A DNA stretch of 64,000 nucleotides from Gammaproteobacteria bacterium (GTDB taxonomy: Bacteria; Pseudomonadota; Gammaproteobacteria; Ga0077536). This document shows positions 41,300 through 51,538 of the stretch, in pieces. Numbering within the stretch: position 1 is the first letter of the stretch; every line of letters begins with the position of its first letter. A program made the translations under genes and the position numbers. Location: contig CAXXLL010000003.1 in the NCBI GenBank assembly GCA_963662545.2, positions 1,440,001-1,504,000 of the forward strand, given 5' to 3'. The notes beneath the pieces were generated by a model. It searched no databases, had not been told where the DNA came from, and saw only the letters and a program-made list of their open reading frames with translations.

Positions 41300-41515
41300 C
41301 TAAACATTGCGTACTGAACCCCGACACGCTTGACGATGGCCTTCAGCGTGTAGGCGCGGGTCTCGAAGGCTGCACGCACCTACATCCCGTTGCCCAAGGT
41401 GTTTCATTAACCGTGACCCGCTGTTACGACGTGCCGGTGTCAAATGCAGGTGATTCCCGCGTTGGATGATATGCCACGGTATCCCCGGCACCACAAAACT
41501 TGCGCGCCTTAGCAT
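41300..41515 (-). pseudogene. RAYT/IS200-like Y1 transposase remnant
   Basis: MLRRASFVVPGIPWHIIQRGN joined to NHLHL (HUH) and LMKHLGQR; internally deleted. Confidence 0.6.
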
Positions 41516-41620
41516 ATGGGACCTCCTTGTCCATACAGCGTTGTTGCAAAACTAACACGAAAACGTGGTCTGATCCCTGTCCTTCTTTCGCGACCGATGT
41601 TTCGAAAAAGGGGGTCGGGA

Positions 41621-41675
41621 AAAAAGGGGTCGGTGACAAATGAGAACCAGAATCATATTTCACCGACCCCTTTTT
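41621..41675. repeat. REP-like hairpin next to RAYT remnant
   Basis: AAAAAGGGGTCGGTGA ... TCACCGACCCCTTTTT. Confidence 0.6.
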
Positions 41676-41729
41676 GCTTTTTGAGAACATCGCGTATGGG
41701 ATTGAGCTGGTCGTGGCGGTACCACAGTC

Positions 41730-42239
41730 TTATTCAGTCGGTAGTACCAGCTCTACCGTGACGGGTGTGTCGTTTTCACCTGAAAAATGTGATTCAACGG
41801 TGGCGCGAAAAATGCCAAACTCGATCCCGAGGTAGATGCCGTTGATAAGCTGCATCTTTTCGAGTCCTTCCCAGGCCATACGCTTTGCAGTGTCGTGAAA
41901 TCCCTGGAACCATTTCAGGTGTGCCACTGCGATCTGAATAAGACCTTGTATAAATGCCCCTGTCTCTGTTCGTCTGCCAGCTGCCACCCATACCGTCTCT
42001 AAGGCTTCATGCGCCTCTCACCAATAGCCGTGATTGAATAAGTCGATTCCGTATAAATACTCTTCGCAGTAATTCCAATTCTCAGGGTCGAATGACGCCA
42101 GCTCTTCTGGTTGTTTGTTGTAGGAGTGACCGTTCGGGTCACGGGTGGGGTGCGGCGCCTGCCCGGGGACAAAACGGTAGCTCGGAAACGGTCGACTGGA
42201 GTAACGATGTAGCGTCGTTCCTGAAGGTGTGCTGATCAT
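41730..42239 (-). pseudogene. DUF309-like protein with premature TGA at 42018-42020
   Basis: GIDLFNHGYW*EAHEALETVW...QGLIQIAVAHLK, same frame on both sides. Confidence 0.78.
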
Positions 42240-42501
42240 CGCCGTAATGTTATATCAGATGCCAATAAGAGGGCAGCGTCTGCAACTGCAGACCGCCTAC
42301 CGGAATTCGGTGCCGTTGTCTGCGGCGAGCGTTCTGACTTTTCGGGCCTCTCGCCGAATGAACAAATTACTGTTCTGGCTAGCGGCAACGGAGAGGCGAT
42401 TTTACGGAAAAATTGAGTGGGCAGTGAGAGCGGGGGACTACACTTACTTTTATCCTTTTTAATCATTCTCTGCTCAGTCATTCGTCACAGGAGTGCGTCC
42501 C

Positions 42502-42733
42502 ATGAACGAAGAAAATTTCAATCGGGAAATCCGCGGATTCCTCAAAAAGGTCGGGATTGCGTCCCAGCGCGAGATTGAGAAAGCCGTTTGGGCGCGTCTC
42601 GATTCGGGAGAACTGAAAGGTGATGAGCGCTTCCAAGTCAAAATGACCCTGGAGCTACGCGATCTGGATCTGACGCTCAATCGAGGATCTGGATCTGACG
42701 CTCAATATCGAGGACGAGATTTCCTTGGAATGA
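42502..42733 (+). pseudogene. DUF6494-like small protein frameshifted by a 25-bp duplication
   Basis: MNEENFNREIRGFLKKVGIASQREIEKAV; removing the duplicate restores LNIEDEISLE*. Confidence 0.65.
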
Positions 42734-43235
42734 TTGGCGCGCAGCTGATTAGATGTTGTCGTTCCTAGTCGCTTGTACGGCCGCCCGCGACGTATCCTTG
42801 ATGACCCAAGATCGGGAGGCAGCGAAACGGAAAGCTAAAGCCAGGTCACGCAAATCTCCCGCGACGGTGGGCTACACAAGTGCATAGACACTTCGATGAG
42901 ACCGCAAGGGCATGATTCTACGACCGGTGCCCGCGTAGCCTGAACCGGGGCGCGGCCGGAAATGGAGCACCGACGATACTGCAGTTGGATGGCGCATAAC
43001 TGAATGATCGAGAGCGGCTAAATAGCGATCATTGGGTTCCACGCAAATTTCCCGCACGATAGTTCGAGGTCGCCATCTACCTACGGCAGCGCCTGGCTTT
43101 CCACGGAACGACCGGAGCAGGGGACGTGCTGCGGTTGGACACAGCGAAGATGCCTTTTACGACTCCAAATTGAACCTTGAACGGTGCGGCCACGAAATGC
43201 CATTGCCGCTATACATCGGCGAAATTATTGCCATG

Positions 43236-46200
43236 TTAGGACGCATATCTCTTTGCCACGTGCTGATTGTATTCAAGACATTTACCGTAGAAATCTTGAA
43301 TCATCCCACCGTCTGATGATGATTCTCCGGCTACATACTCAACAATTTCTTCCCAAGAAATCTCTTGAATTTTCGCTACCTCCAATACCGGCAGGAACCA
43401 ATTTTCGAGCCAGGCTTCTTTTTCCTCATCGCCGTATTCGCGTACGCGCCTTTCTACGGTTTCCCGCACTGACGCGGAATTCATATGCGCTGAAAATACA
43501 CCTTCATCGATGCGCGACTTCGGCGCAACGACATAGAATCCAACGGTTCCGAATGCCCTTGGCTCTATGTCAGCCCGCCTTATCACCTCCGCCATACACG
43601 CGACGTTTCGCGCCGCCTGGTTGTAATAACCGGCATTCTTCACTCCCGATGAAAGCTTGCTGAACATTTTTGCTTCGGTGACAACGAATTTTGAAGCTGT
43701 GGTAGTGAGTGACAGATCGCCCTCGCCATTTTTTCCGATCACAAAGTCGCCAATTACTCCGTCAGCGTGGGTCCAAGATTCAGATAGTCGGTCACCACGG
43801 TACCGAGGCAGAAATTGTGATGGAAGCAGCGCTTCCGAATACCAGCGGTCGTTCTCCGATATAGCTAGTGTCCGTCCATAAACAGGCATTTTCTTCGATG
43901 GGCACGGAGAAATCGAGGTGTTGAAAGTAGGTTGTTGGAGCGGTAGCGGCGGTTCGGTGGGGGTCGAAGGGCTCTTCGAGCGTAATTGTGAGTACGTTCG
44001 CCGGCCGCAGAGCGCTGCAACCCAAAGTCGCCCGTTCGACGATATCGAGGAGGTCAGTTAGTGCGAGTGAACGTCGCTATTCGAGTTGATAGCGCGCGAG
44101 CAGGCTGAGGTTGTAGGCGACCACAGAAGACCACACGTAGGCTTCGAAGTGCGGCAGGCTCTTCCAGGTGCAACGTGCCAATCCGTATGCACGCTTCAGG
44201 CAGGAGATACCGGCCTCGATGCCGGCGCGGAAGTTGCGCAAGCGTCGATAGACCCACTGACTCTTGACCATGTCGGCGATCGCGAGCCCGCGCTTCTTGT
44301 GGAAGGCAACGTCTTCGATGCCTTCTGCTTTCGCCGCCCGGAGATTGTCGAGGCTCGCATAGCCGCCATCGGCGGCGACCTGTCGTGGCATCGTCCCGTA
44401 GTGTGTTCGATGCCGTTCGAGCATCGGCATGAAGCGCTGACTATCGACCGGATTGCCTCGCTCGATGACCACGTCGAGGATGAGGCCACTGCGCCCCGAA
44501 GCCAGATTGATTTTGTGTCCGTACTGAACGTCGCGCGCACCCTTTATGATGATGTCGGTATGCGGCTCGAACAAGCTCACGCACTTCTCGCTCGCGGGGA
44601 CCTTCTCACCGCCGAACACCCGCCGCTCAGTTTGCGAAATCACCTGCAGAACAAGTGTTTCGTAGTGCGCTACCTGCGCTAGCCAGCGGCAGTGGTCGCC
44701 GGTGATCGCAGGTTTGCTGGGCAGCTGCTCACGTACCCTGCAAGGTTGAACGCGTCGTGGCGACGGCGAACAGACGTTGGCGTTGCTTCGACGCGCATTA
44801 GCCGGCACAGCGTGTACGGATTGATAGCACGCTTCTTCGGTAACGTTCACGACAGTGCAACTCCACGCGCCAGCGCAAGTCATCTGCTGTGGGACTGGCG
44901 CTCGGCGCGTGTCCGTGGTACCGAGCGTCAATCCGGTGTGCCGGCTCAATGCGCGTCTCTTTCGCGTCGCACACGGGCGCGATGAATAGACTCCCACGTC
45001 GATTGCCTGGATCGCCGAGTTGTGCTTCGTGAAGGCAGACTTCTTCGGACCAGCTCCTCTATGCGCGTTGCGAAGCACCGCCAACGTACTGTATCGCGAT
45101 TTGATTGGGCGACGCCGTTCAACCTACGTGGACTTCTGCAGCGCCCTGCGTGAGTCAGCGCTCCTCGATAGCGTCCGGGCGTCACCGCTCCTGCGGTTCG
45201 AACGTGCACGGCTGAAGCATAGCCCACCGGTAGCGCACCGCGAAACACTTTTATTTCTCATGCTGTTTAGGTGCACACTAGCTAGTTCGTCCATAAACAG
45301 GCGAGCGGAGAAATCGAGGTGTTGAAAGTAGGTCGTTGGAGCGGTAGCGAGAAGGTTCGGTGGGGGTCCTCTTCGAGCGTAAAGTGCGTGAGTACGTTCG
45401 AGCCGCCGCAGAGCGCTGCCAAAGTCGCCCGTTCGACGCGCGGACAGTTAGTACGAGTGAACGCACAAAATGATCTGGCTAGCGGGCGAGAGCAGTGGCG
45501 ACTCATCCACACGTAGGTCTTCGAAGCGCAAGCCAATCCGGTCGATCGCTTCAGGCAGGAGATACCGGCGATGCCGGCGCGGATGCGCAACGCATCGACT
45601 CTTGACCATGTCGGCGATCGCGATGCAACGTCTTCGACTGTCGCCGCCCCGTCGCATAGCCGCCATCGGCGGCGTGTCGTGGCAGCCGTCGACAATCCGT
45701 TCGGCATCGGCGAAAGAAGCGCTGACTATCGACCGGATTGCCTCGCTCGATGACCACGTCGAGGATGAGGCCATGCGCCCCGAAGCCAGATTGATTTTGT
45801 GTCCGTACTGAACGTCGCGCGCACTTTATGATGATGTCGGTATGCGGCGAACAAGCTCACGCACTTCTCGCTCGCGGGGACCTTCTCACCGCCGAACACC
45901 CGCCGCTCAGTTTGCGAAATCACCTGCAGAACAAGTGTTTCGTAGTGCGCTACCTGCGCTAGCCAGTCCGGCAGTTCAACGCCGGTGACGCCCGGGCTCA
46001 GCAGCTGCCACGTACCCTCGCTACCCTTCCAAGGTTGAACGCGTCGCATCAAATCGCGATACAGACGTTGGCGTTGCTTCGCGATGCGACAGCGCCCGCG
46101 ACGCTTCTCGCCAATCGAGTGTGGTTCACGAAGCACAACTCCGGCGCGCCAGGTCGCGCGCCTGTGCGAGCAGACGAACCACAACACGCACGCCATCAGC

Positions 46201-46970
46201 AGATGACTGTCGCTCGGCGCGTGGATGGCACTGTCCGTTACCGTGCTATCAATCCGTACACGCTGTGCCGGCTCAATGCGCGTCTCTTTCGCCGTCGCCA
46301 GCAGGGCGCGATGAATAGACTCCCACGTCGATACCTGGATCGCCGAGACCACCCGCTGTAAGGCAGACTTCTTCGGACGTTCATTACCCGGCAACCGGGC
46401 GAAGGCCTGAAAGCTCGCGAGTCCTGCAGGTGAAAGGCCAGCTCCTCGTAACTCAATTGCCGGTGCTGCTTGAGCACCGCGCAGCGCAGCACCGACTCCG
46501 CCGACAGTCCGCGTCGACCGGTGGGCTTCAAACCCCGCCGACACAGATCGTTCATGACCGGCGTGAGGACCTTGGGGTGAGCATCGAGCCACTCGGACAT
46601 GCCCTGCAGCTCTCGCCCCAGGTCATGGTCAGCAAACAGCTCGTATATACTCGCTTGGGCCGTGCGTTTCTGACGCATTCCCCCTCCTGTGGTGTCGATG
46701 ATTGTGTGGAAAATCAGAGGTTTGAAGTTCCATTAGATCACGACCTACCGGAGGTTTCGATCCCTTAAGCGACAAATTTTCCTTTTTATTTCAACCGCAT
46801 CGCGTTTAGGGATGCACACTAGCTAGGTTGTGCGCAGCACCGCGATGGTTCGCGAACCAATCGAGAATTAGCCGCAGCATCCATCCCTCGTTATACAAGT
46901 CCGTCGGCGGTATGTTGCCGCTTGGGCTATTACAGCGCTCTAAGAGCGCACAGATTCTATCGAAGACCAT
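43236..46970 (-). pseudogene. Hypothetical PD-(D/E)XK-like protein split by the ISNCY pair
   Basis: ATG 46970 MVFDRICALL...LYNEGWMLRLILDWF..HN joins in frame to LAISENDRWYSEALL; HADG...EAK motif. Confidence 0.7.
43868..46819 (-). mobile_element. Tandem pair of the same ISNCY element, interior garbled (copies 43868-45278 and 45285-46819)
   Basis: Same IRs as 12493; TAGCTA at 43862-43867, 45279-45284, 46820-46825; outer parts match copy 1/2, ~44690-46420 heavily corrupted. Confidence 0.75.
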
Positions 46971-47201
46971 AAGTTTGTCCGGGTTTCTAACGCTAGCAAT
47001 TGCGCAATCTTCGAGGGAAAACCAAATAGGGCCTCCATTCTCTACGACGAGAGAAAGGCTGCGGCCACTTTCTCAGGTAAGCGATGGCCTCTATGTCGAG
47101 AGAATCGTTTCATATGCTTGTGCTTCGAAAAACGGGTGGAAATGGATGGACAAATGGAGGTTTGCCTGCCACAATAGAAATGGATGGAATTGGAGGTATA
47201 A

Positions 47202-48260
47202 ATGGCGGGCGATATTCGCACTGACACGCTGGACATCACTCCGGAGATCTTGAAACTCATTGCGGAAATCGATGAATTCAAGGGAGCCTGGGCCGCTATC
47301 GGCCGGATTGCGCCAGACCGCCTGACGTCCCTGCGGCGGGTTGCAACAATCGAAAGTATTGGCTCGTCGACCCGGATCGAAGGCGCGAAGCTTAGCGATC
47401 TGGAGATCGAGCGCTTACTGTCCAACCTCGATATCAAGGCCTTTGCTTCACGTGATGAAGAGGAAGTCGCAGGCTACGCCGAAGTGATGGAGACGGTGTT
47501 CTCGAACTGGGGTGACATTCCACCAACGGAAAACCATATCAAGCAACTCCACCGCGACTTGCTCCAATACGTACGCAAAGACGAGCGACATCGTGGCGAA
47601 TACAAGACACTCAATAATCACGTCGAAGCCTTTGCCCCGGACGGCGAGAGCCTTGGCGTTGTCTTCCAAACGGCAACACCCTTCGATACGCCTCGCCTGA
47701 TGACCGATCTCGTGGGATGGACACGCGCGACGCTTGAGACAAAAGATCATCACCCGCTCATCGCGATTGCGATCTTTATCGTTATCTTTCTTGAAATCCA
47801 TCCTTTCCAGGACGGCAATGGTCGTCTATCGCGCGTCCTGACGACGCTTCTTCTTCTGCGTGCGGGATACGCTTATGTTCCCTATAGCTCGCTTGAAAGC
47901 GTCATAGAGCAGAGTAAGGAAGGCTATTACCTGGCCCTGCGCCAAACGCAGGGCACGATCCGCACGGACGCACCGAACTGGCAGCCGTGGCTGGTGTTCT
48001 TCCTCAAATCACTTCAACAACAAAAGGTGCGACTGGCTAACAAGATTGATCGAGAACGGTTAATCCTTGGCGATTTACCCGCGCTATCGGTCGAGATCCT
48101 CGAGCTATGCCGGGAGCGGGGTCGCATCACTGTCGCCGATGCTGTCAAGCTGACTACTGCTAATCGCAACACGATAAAGGACCACATCAGTGCGCTAACA
48201 CGCGCCGGCCATCTAAAACAGCATGGTGCTGGTCGGGGCACATGGTACGGCCTCGCGTAG
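47202..48260 (+). CDS. Fic family protein with C-terminal wHTH
   Basis: SSTRIEG (inhibitory-type motif), HPFQDGNGRLSR, GAGRGTWY; RBS GGAGG. Confidence 0.92.
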   Translation: MAGDIRTDTLDITPEILKLIAEIDEFKGAWAAIGRIAPDRLTSLRRVATIESIGSSTRIEGAKLSDLEIERLLSNLDIKAFASRDEEEVAGYAEVMETVFSNWGDIPPTENHIKQLHRDLLQYVRKDERHRGEYKTLNNHVEAFAPDGESLGVVFQTATPFDTPRLMTDLVGWTRATLETKDHHPLIAIAIFIVIFLEIHPFQDGNGRLSRVLTTLLLLRAGYAYVPYSSLESVIEQSKEGYYLALRQTQGTIRTDAPNWQPWLVFFLKSLQQQKVRLANKIDRERLILGDLPALSVEILELCRERGRITVADAVKLTTANRNTIKDHISALTRAGHLKQHGAGRGTWYGLA

Positions 48261-48420
48261 GGATTCCCGGCACCATCGTCCGTCGGAATACGGCGTGGAT
48301 AACGCGTGTCGGACAACTACGGAGGTACATGCCGTGGTTTTGATGCTATGACACCGTTAATCACCGCGTCCATGTGACCGTACCCCTGTGATCCGAGCCA
48401 TGCGGGATGTGGGGTTCCAC

Positions 48421-48849
48421 TCATTCCGTAGGATCGTCAATAGGGAAATCTCCACTTGCGAGAATGCGCCGCAGAGCCAGTAGAATCGGGCGGTCCGCCT
48501 CGGCCCAATCGAGGCCCATGATCTCACCTGCAACAATCCAACGAGTCTGCGCGTGCTCTTTGGGATCTAGATCGCCGTCAACGATTTTCGAAGAGTAGAC
48601 ATCGAGTACGATTTCGCGACCGTCGACAATCTACTCGCCACGACCGATCCAGGGCCCCACGTCGATCGCGAGCCCGAGTTCCTCTCGAATCTCCCGCTCC
48701 AATGCGGATTGCGGCAATTCGCTAAGCTCGACCTTTCCGCCCGGAAACTCCCAAAGTCCCGCCAACGCCATCTCGGGGCGTCGCTGGGCCACGAGACAGC
48801 GTCCGTGTTCGATGATTGCGGCACCTACAACGTGTAGACGCTTTGTCAA
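48421..48849 (-). pseudogene. MutT/NudG-like Nudix hydrolase with premature TAG at 48631-48633
   Basis: WEFPGGKVE...ALEREIREELG; frame continues after the stop to EHAQTRW...DWAEADRPIL. Confidence 0.8.
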
Positions 48850-48869
48850 ACGAGCATCCTCAATCAGAT

Positions 48870-49182
48870 CCGGCCCGCGCACCTGGGGAAGATGGTGTTG
48901 TTCAAAGTCAACACGGGATGTCGGGATCAGGAAGTCTGCCGACTCCGGTGGGACTGGGAAGTCGACGTACCTGAGCTTAAGGCTTCAGTATTTTTAATCC
49001 CGTCCGAACACGTCAAGAATGGCGAAGAGCGCCTGGTTGTTCTAAACGCAACGGCGAAGTCAGTCATTGACGGAGAGCGCGGGAAACATGATGAGTTCGT
49101 GTTTACCTACAAAGGGAACCCGGTGACGAGGATCTACAACTCGGCGTGGAAACGTGCACGCAAGGCGGCGGGGCTCCCGCAA
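48870..49182 (+). pseudogene. Phage-type tyrosine integrase fragment (middle of catalytic domain)
   Basis: LFKVNTGCRDQEV, VKNGEER, AWKRARKAAGL; HxxR and catalytic Tyr missing; points toward the tRNA 3' end. Confidence 0.82.
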
Positions 49183-49261
49183 AACTCCCGCAATCACGTT
49201 GCTAACGCACAGGACACCACAAGCAGCGTAAAAATAAGTTCAAGGATTTGTACGGTTTGGG

Positions 49262-49338
49262 TGGTGGCTATGGGTGGACTTGAACCACCGACCTCAGCAT
49301 TATGAGTGCCGCGCTCTAACCAGCTGAGCTACATAGCC
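49262..49338 (-). tRNA. tRNA-Met (CAT), elongator type
   Basis: GGCTATGTAGCTCAGCTGGTTAGAGCGCGGCACTCATAATGCTGAGGTCGGTGGTTCAAGTCCACCCATAGCCACCA; 77 nt, encoded CCA, G1-C72 pair. Confidence 0.95.
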
Positions 49339-49518
49339 ATGACTGAGTCGAATTAGGGGAGTCGAAAGCGGAGAAAGCCGTCGGCGTGCTGATACCGATG
49401 TTCGTTACCCGCTTTCCGCTGGCGGATCTTCGTGGGTTGCCGTGGGGCTGTCAAGCTTGCTGCCTCACGCGCTTGTTCTTTTACAATAACCGCCTTTCTC
49501 CGATTTCTTCATGAAGTT

Positions 49519-50019
49519 ATGGCTTCCATCGAAATTCCCGTCAACGGAGTCGTCACCAGTCACGGTACCGTCAAAGCCGAATGGCTCGATTACAACGATC
49601 ATCTTAACGTCGCCTACTACGTGCTTCTGTTCGATTTCGGTATCGATGCCTTTAAAGCAGTCGTTGGCATTGACGTCGACTACATCAAGCGGGAGGCGCT
49701 CTCGACCGTTGCGCTCGAATCGCGTATCGCCTACCTGGCCGAAGCCTCGCTGGGTGATGAGCTGCGCGTCGATACGCGGGTCATCGATTTCGACGGCAAA
49801 CGCATGCATTACTATCAGGAGATGTTCCGGGGCGAGGAACTGGTTTCCGCACAGGAAACACTTTCGATCAGTTTCGATACCAAAGCGCGGCGTAGCTGTC
49901 GCTTCGCCGACGCCATTGCACGCGGTTACGAACGCCTGTTCGAGGCCCAGCGCGACCTCGGCCGGCCCGAGTGGGTCGGACAGGTCATAGGCATTCGCGG
50001 TAAACACTCCTCAACGTAA
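49519..50019 (+). CDS. Acyl-CoA thioesterase (4HBT-like hot-dog fold)
   Basis: EWLDYNDHLNVAYY motif. Confidence 0.82.
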   Translation: MASIEIPVNGVVTSHGTVKAEWLDYNDHLNVAYYVLLFDFGIDAFKAVVGIDVDYIKREALSTVALESRIAYLAEASLGDELRVDTRVIDFDGKRMHYYQEMFRGEELVSAQETLSISFDTKARRSCRFADAIARGYERLFEAQRDLGRPEWVGQVIGIRGKHSST

Positions 50020-50144
50020 TTGACGCCGGTCTCATCGCTAGGCCGCGTTTCTCACCACCGTCCAGCACTGGCGACAATTCGTGTGGATTCGACCGCTCGG
50101 CAATTCGCCCGCGAGCGGGCTCCTACGGATGACCGGTGCCTCGC

Positions 50145-50786
50145 TTAGCGCACACCGAAGACAACGATGGTCTTACCGCTGACCCCGATCAGATGCTGCT
50201 CTTCTAGGTTCTTTAGAACGCGGCCGACCATTTCGCGGGAGCAGCCGACGATGCGTCCGAGTTCCTGGCGGGTCACGCGGATCTGCATGCCGCCGGGATG
50301 GGTCATGGCGTCGGGTTCCTTGCAGAGATCCAGCAGTGCGCGCGCCACACGCCCCGAAACGTCCATGAAGGCGAGATCGCCGATCTTGCGGTTCATCTTG
50401 CGCAGGCGGGTGGCGAGTTGCGAGGAAATCGCGAACAGAAGATCCGGAAACACGGTCGACATGCTCTTCAGCTTCTCGTAGGTGATGGTCGCCACGTCGC
50501 ACTGCGTCTTGGCCCGGACCAGGGCGCTGCGGTTGAGGTGTTCGTTGAAAAGGCCGATTTCCCCGAAGAAATCGCCCGGATTGAGATAGGCCAGCACCAG
50601 CTCGCGCCCTTCCTCGTCTTCGAGCATCACCGATACCGAGCCCTTGACGATGTAAAACAGGTCGTGCGAGGGATCGCCCTGCCGGATGATGGTGGTTTTC
50701 GCCGAATACTGTTTGCGGTGGCAGTGCTCGAGGAATTTCTGGATCGCTTCGTCGTCTTTCAATTTTATTGGATGCACGGCGCTCAT
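50145..50786 (-). CDS. crp: cAMP receptor protein (CRP/Vfr)
   Basis: GDFFGEIGLF, RSALVRAK, LAFMDVSGRVA, THPGGMQIRVTRQELGRIVGCSREMVGR. Confidence 0.95.
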   Translation of the reverse strand: MSAVHPIKLKDDEAIQKFLEHCHRKQYSAKTTIIRQGDPSHDLFYIVKGSVSVMLEDEEGRELVLAYLNPGDFFGEIGLFNEHLNRSALVRAKTQCDVATITYEKLKSMSTVFPDLLFAISSQLATRLRKMNRKIGDLAFMDVSGRVARALLDLCKEPDAMTHPGGMQIRVTRQELGRIVGCSREMVGRVLKNLEEQHLIGVSGKTIVVFGVR

Positions 50787-50975
50787 GGCTCTGTCCTCTA
50801 CTTGACCGGCGACACTCGATTGCCGCTCTAATTCTTTTATTTATCGGATGTTATCTGAAATTTTAAAGAACATTCTTATAAGATACTAATCAGACGCCGG
50901 ATCAAGCCAGATCATCGAGACCGATACCGGGCATTTCTCACACAATTGGTACCCGGGGAGGAGGCGGCACCACTC

Positions 50976-51401
50976 ATGAAATCCACGATAAAGTGGGTCG
51001 ACGGCGCCATGTTCGTGGGCGAGTCCGGCAGCGGGCATGCCGTCGTCATCGATGGGCCGCCCGAGGCCGGCGGCCGGAACCTGGGCATCCGTCCCATGGA
51101 AATGGTGCTGACCGGTCTCGGTGCCTGCACCGCATTCGACGTCGTTTCCATTCTTAAAAAATCGCGCCAGAAGGTGATCGACTGCCGTGTCGAACTCGAC
51201 GCCGAGCGCGCCAAAGAGGTACCGAAGGTCTTCACGCGGATTCACATTCACTTCGTGCTTACCGGCCAAAGCCTCAAGGCGGCGGCGGTCGAACGCGCGA
51301 TCGAGTTGTCGGCTGCGAAGTACTGCTCGGCCACCATCATGCTGGCTCGATGCGTAGAGATTTCGCATGATTTCGAGATCATCGAGGCGGAACCTGACTG
51401 A
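50976..51401 (+). CDS. OsmC-family protein (YhfA-like), divergent from crp
   Basis: GIRPMEMVLTGLGACT, KYCSA; conserved crp-yhfA arrangement. Confidence 0.9.
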   Translation: MKSTIKWVDGAMFVGESGSGHAVVIDGPPEAGGRNLGIRPMEMVLTGLGACTAFDVVSILKKSRQKVIDCRVELDAERAKEVPKVFTRIHIHFVLTGQSLKAAAVERAIELSAAKYCSATIMLARCVEISHDFEIIEAEPD

Positions 51402-51538
51402 CTCGTTGTTGCGACTGACTGAGTCTTGCGTCAATCCTGCCATTCGCCCGCGCGCGGAGCCCTACGTAAGTGGAGCCAGGCTGGTAGGAGCCCGCTTGCG
51501 GGCGAAACGGGATCTGACTGACGATACGAAACAGGCCC

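Larger units (their letters stand above)
36743..49261. mobile_element. ~12.5 kb tRNA-Met-integrated island (decayed)
   Basis: Bounded by tRNA-Met and its 3' duplicate; integrase remnant next to the tRNA; CCCGCAAAACTCCCGCA near both ends. Confidence 0.8.

Noticed and set aside
3637-48633. Stop-codon readthrough or recoding suggested by in-frame stops (TAG 3637, TAA 27846, TGA 42018, TAG 48631)
   Set aside because: All three stop types occur, each is compatible with a single substitution from a sense codon, they are confined to island genes, and core genes use normal stops; decay or sequencing error is simpler
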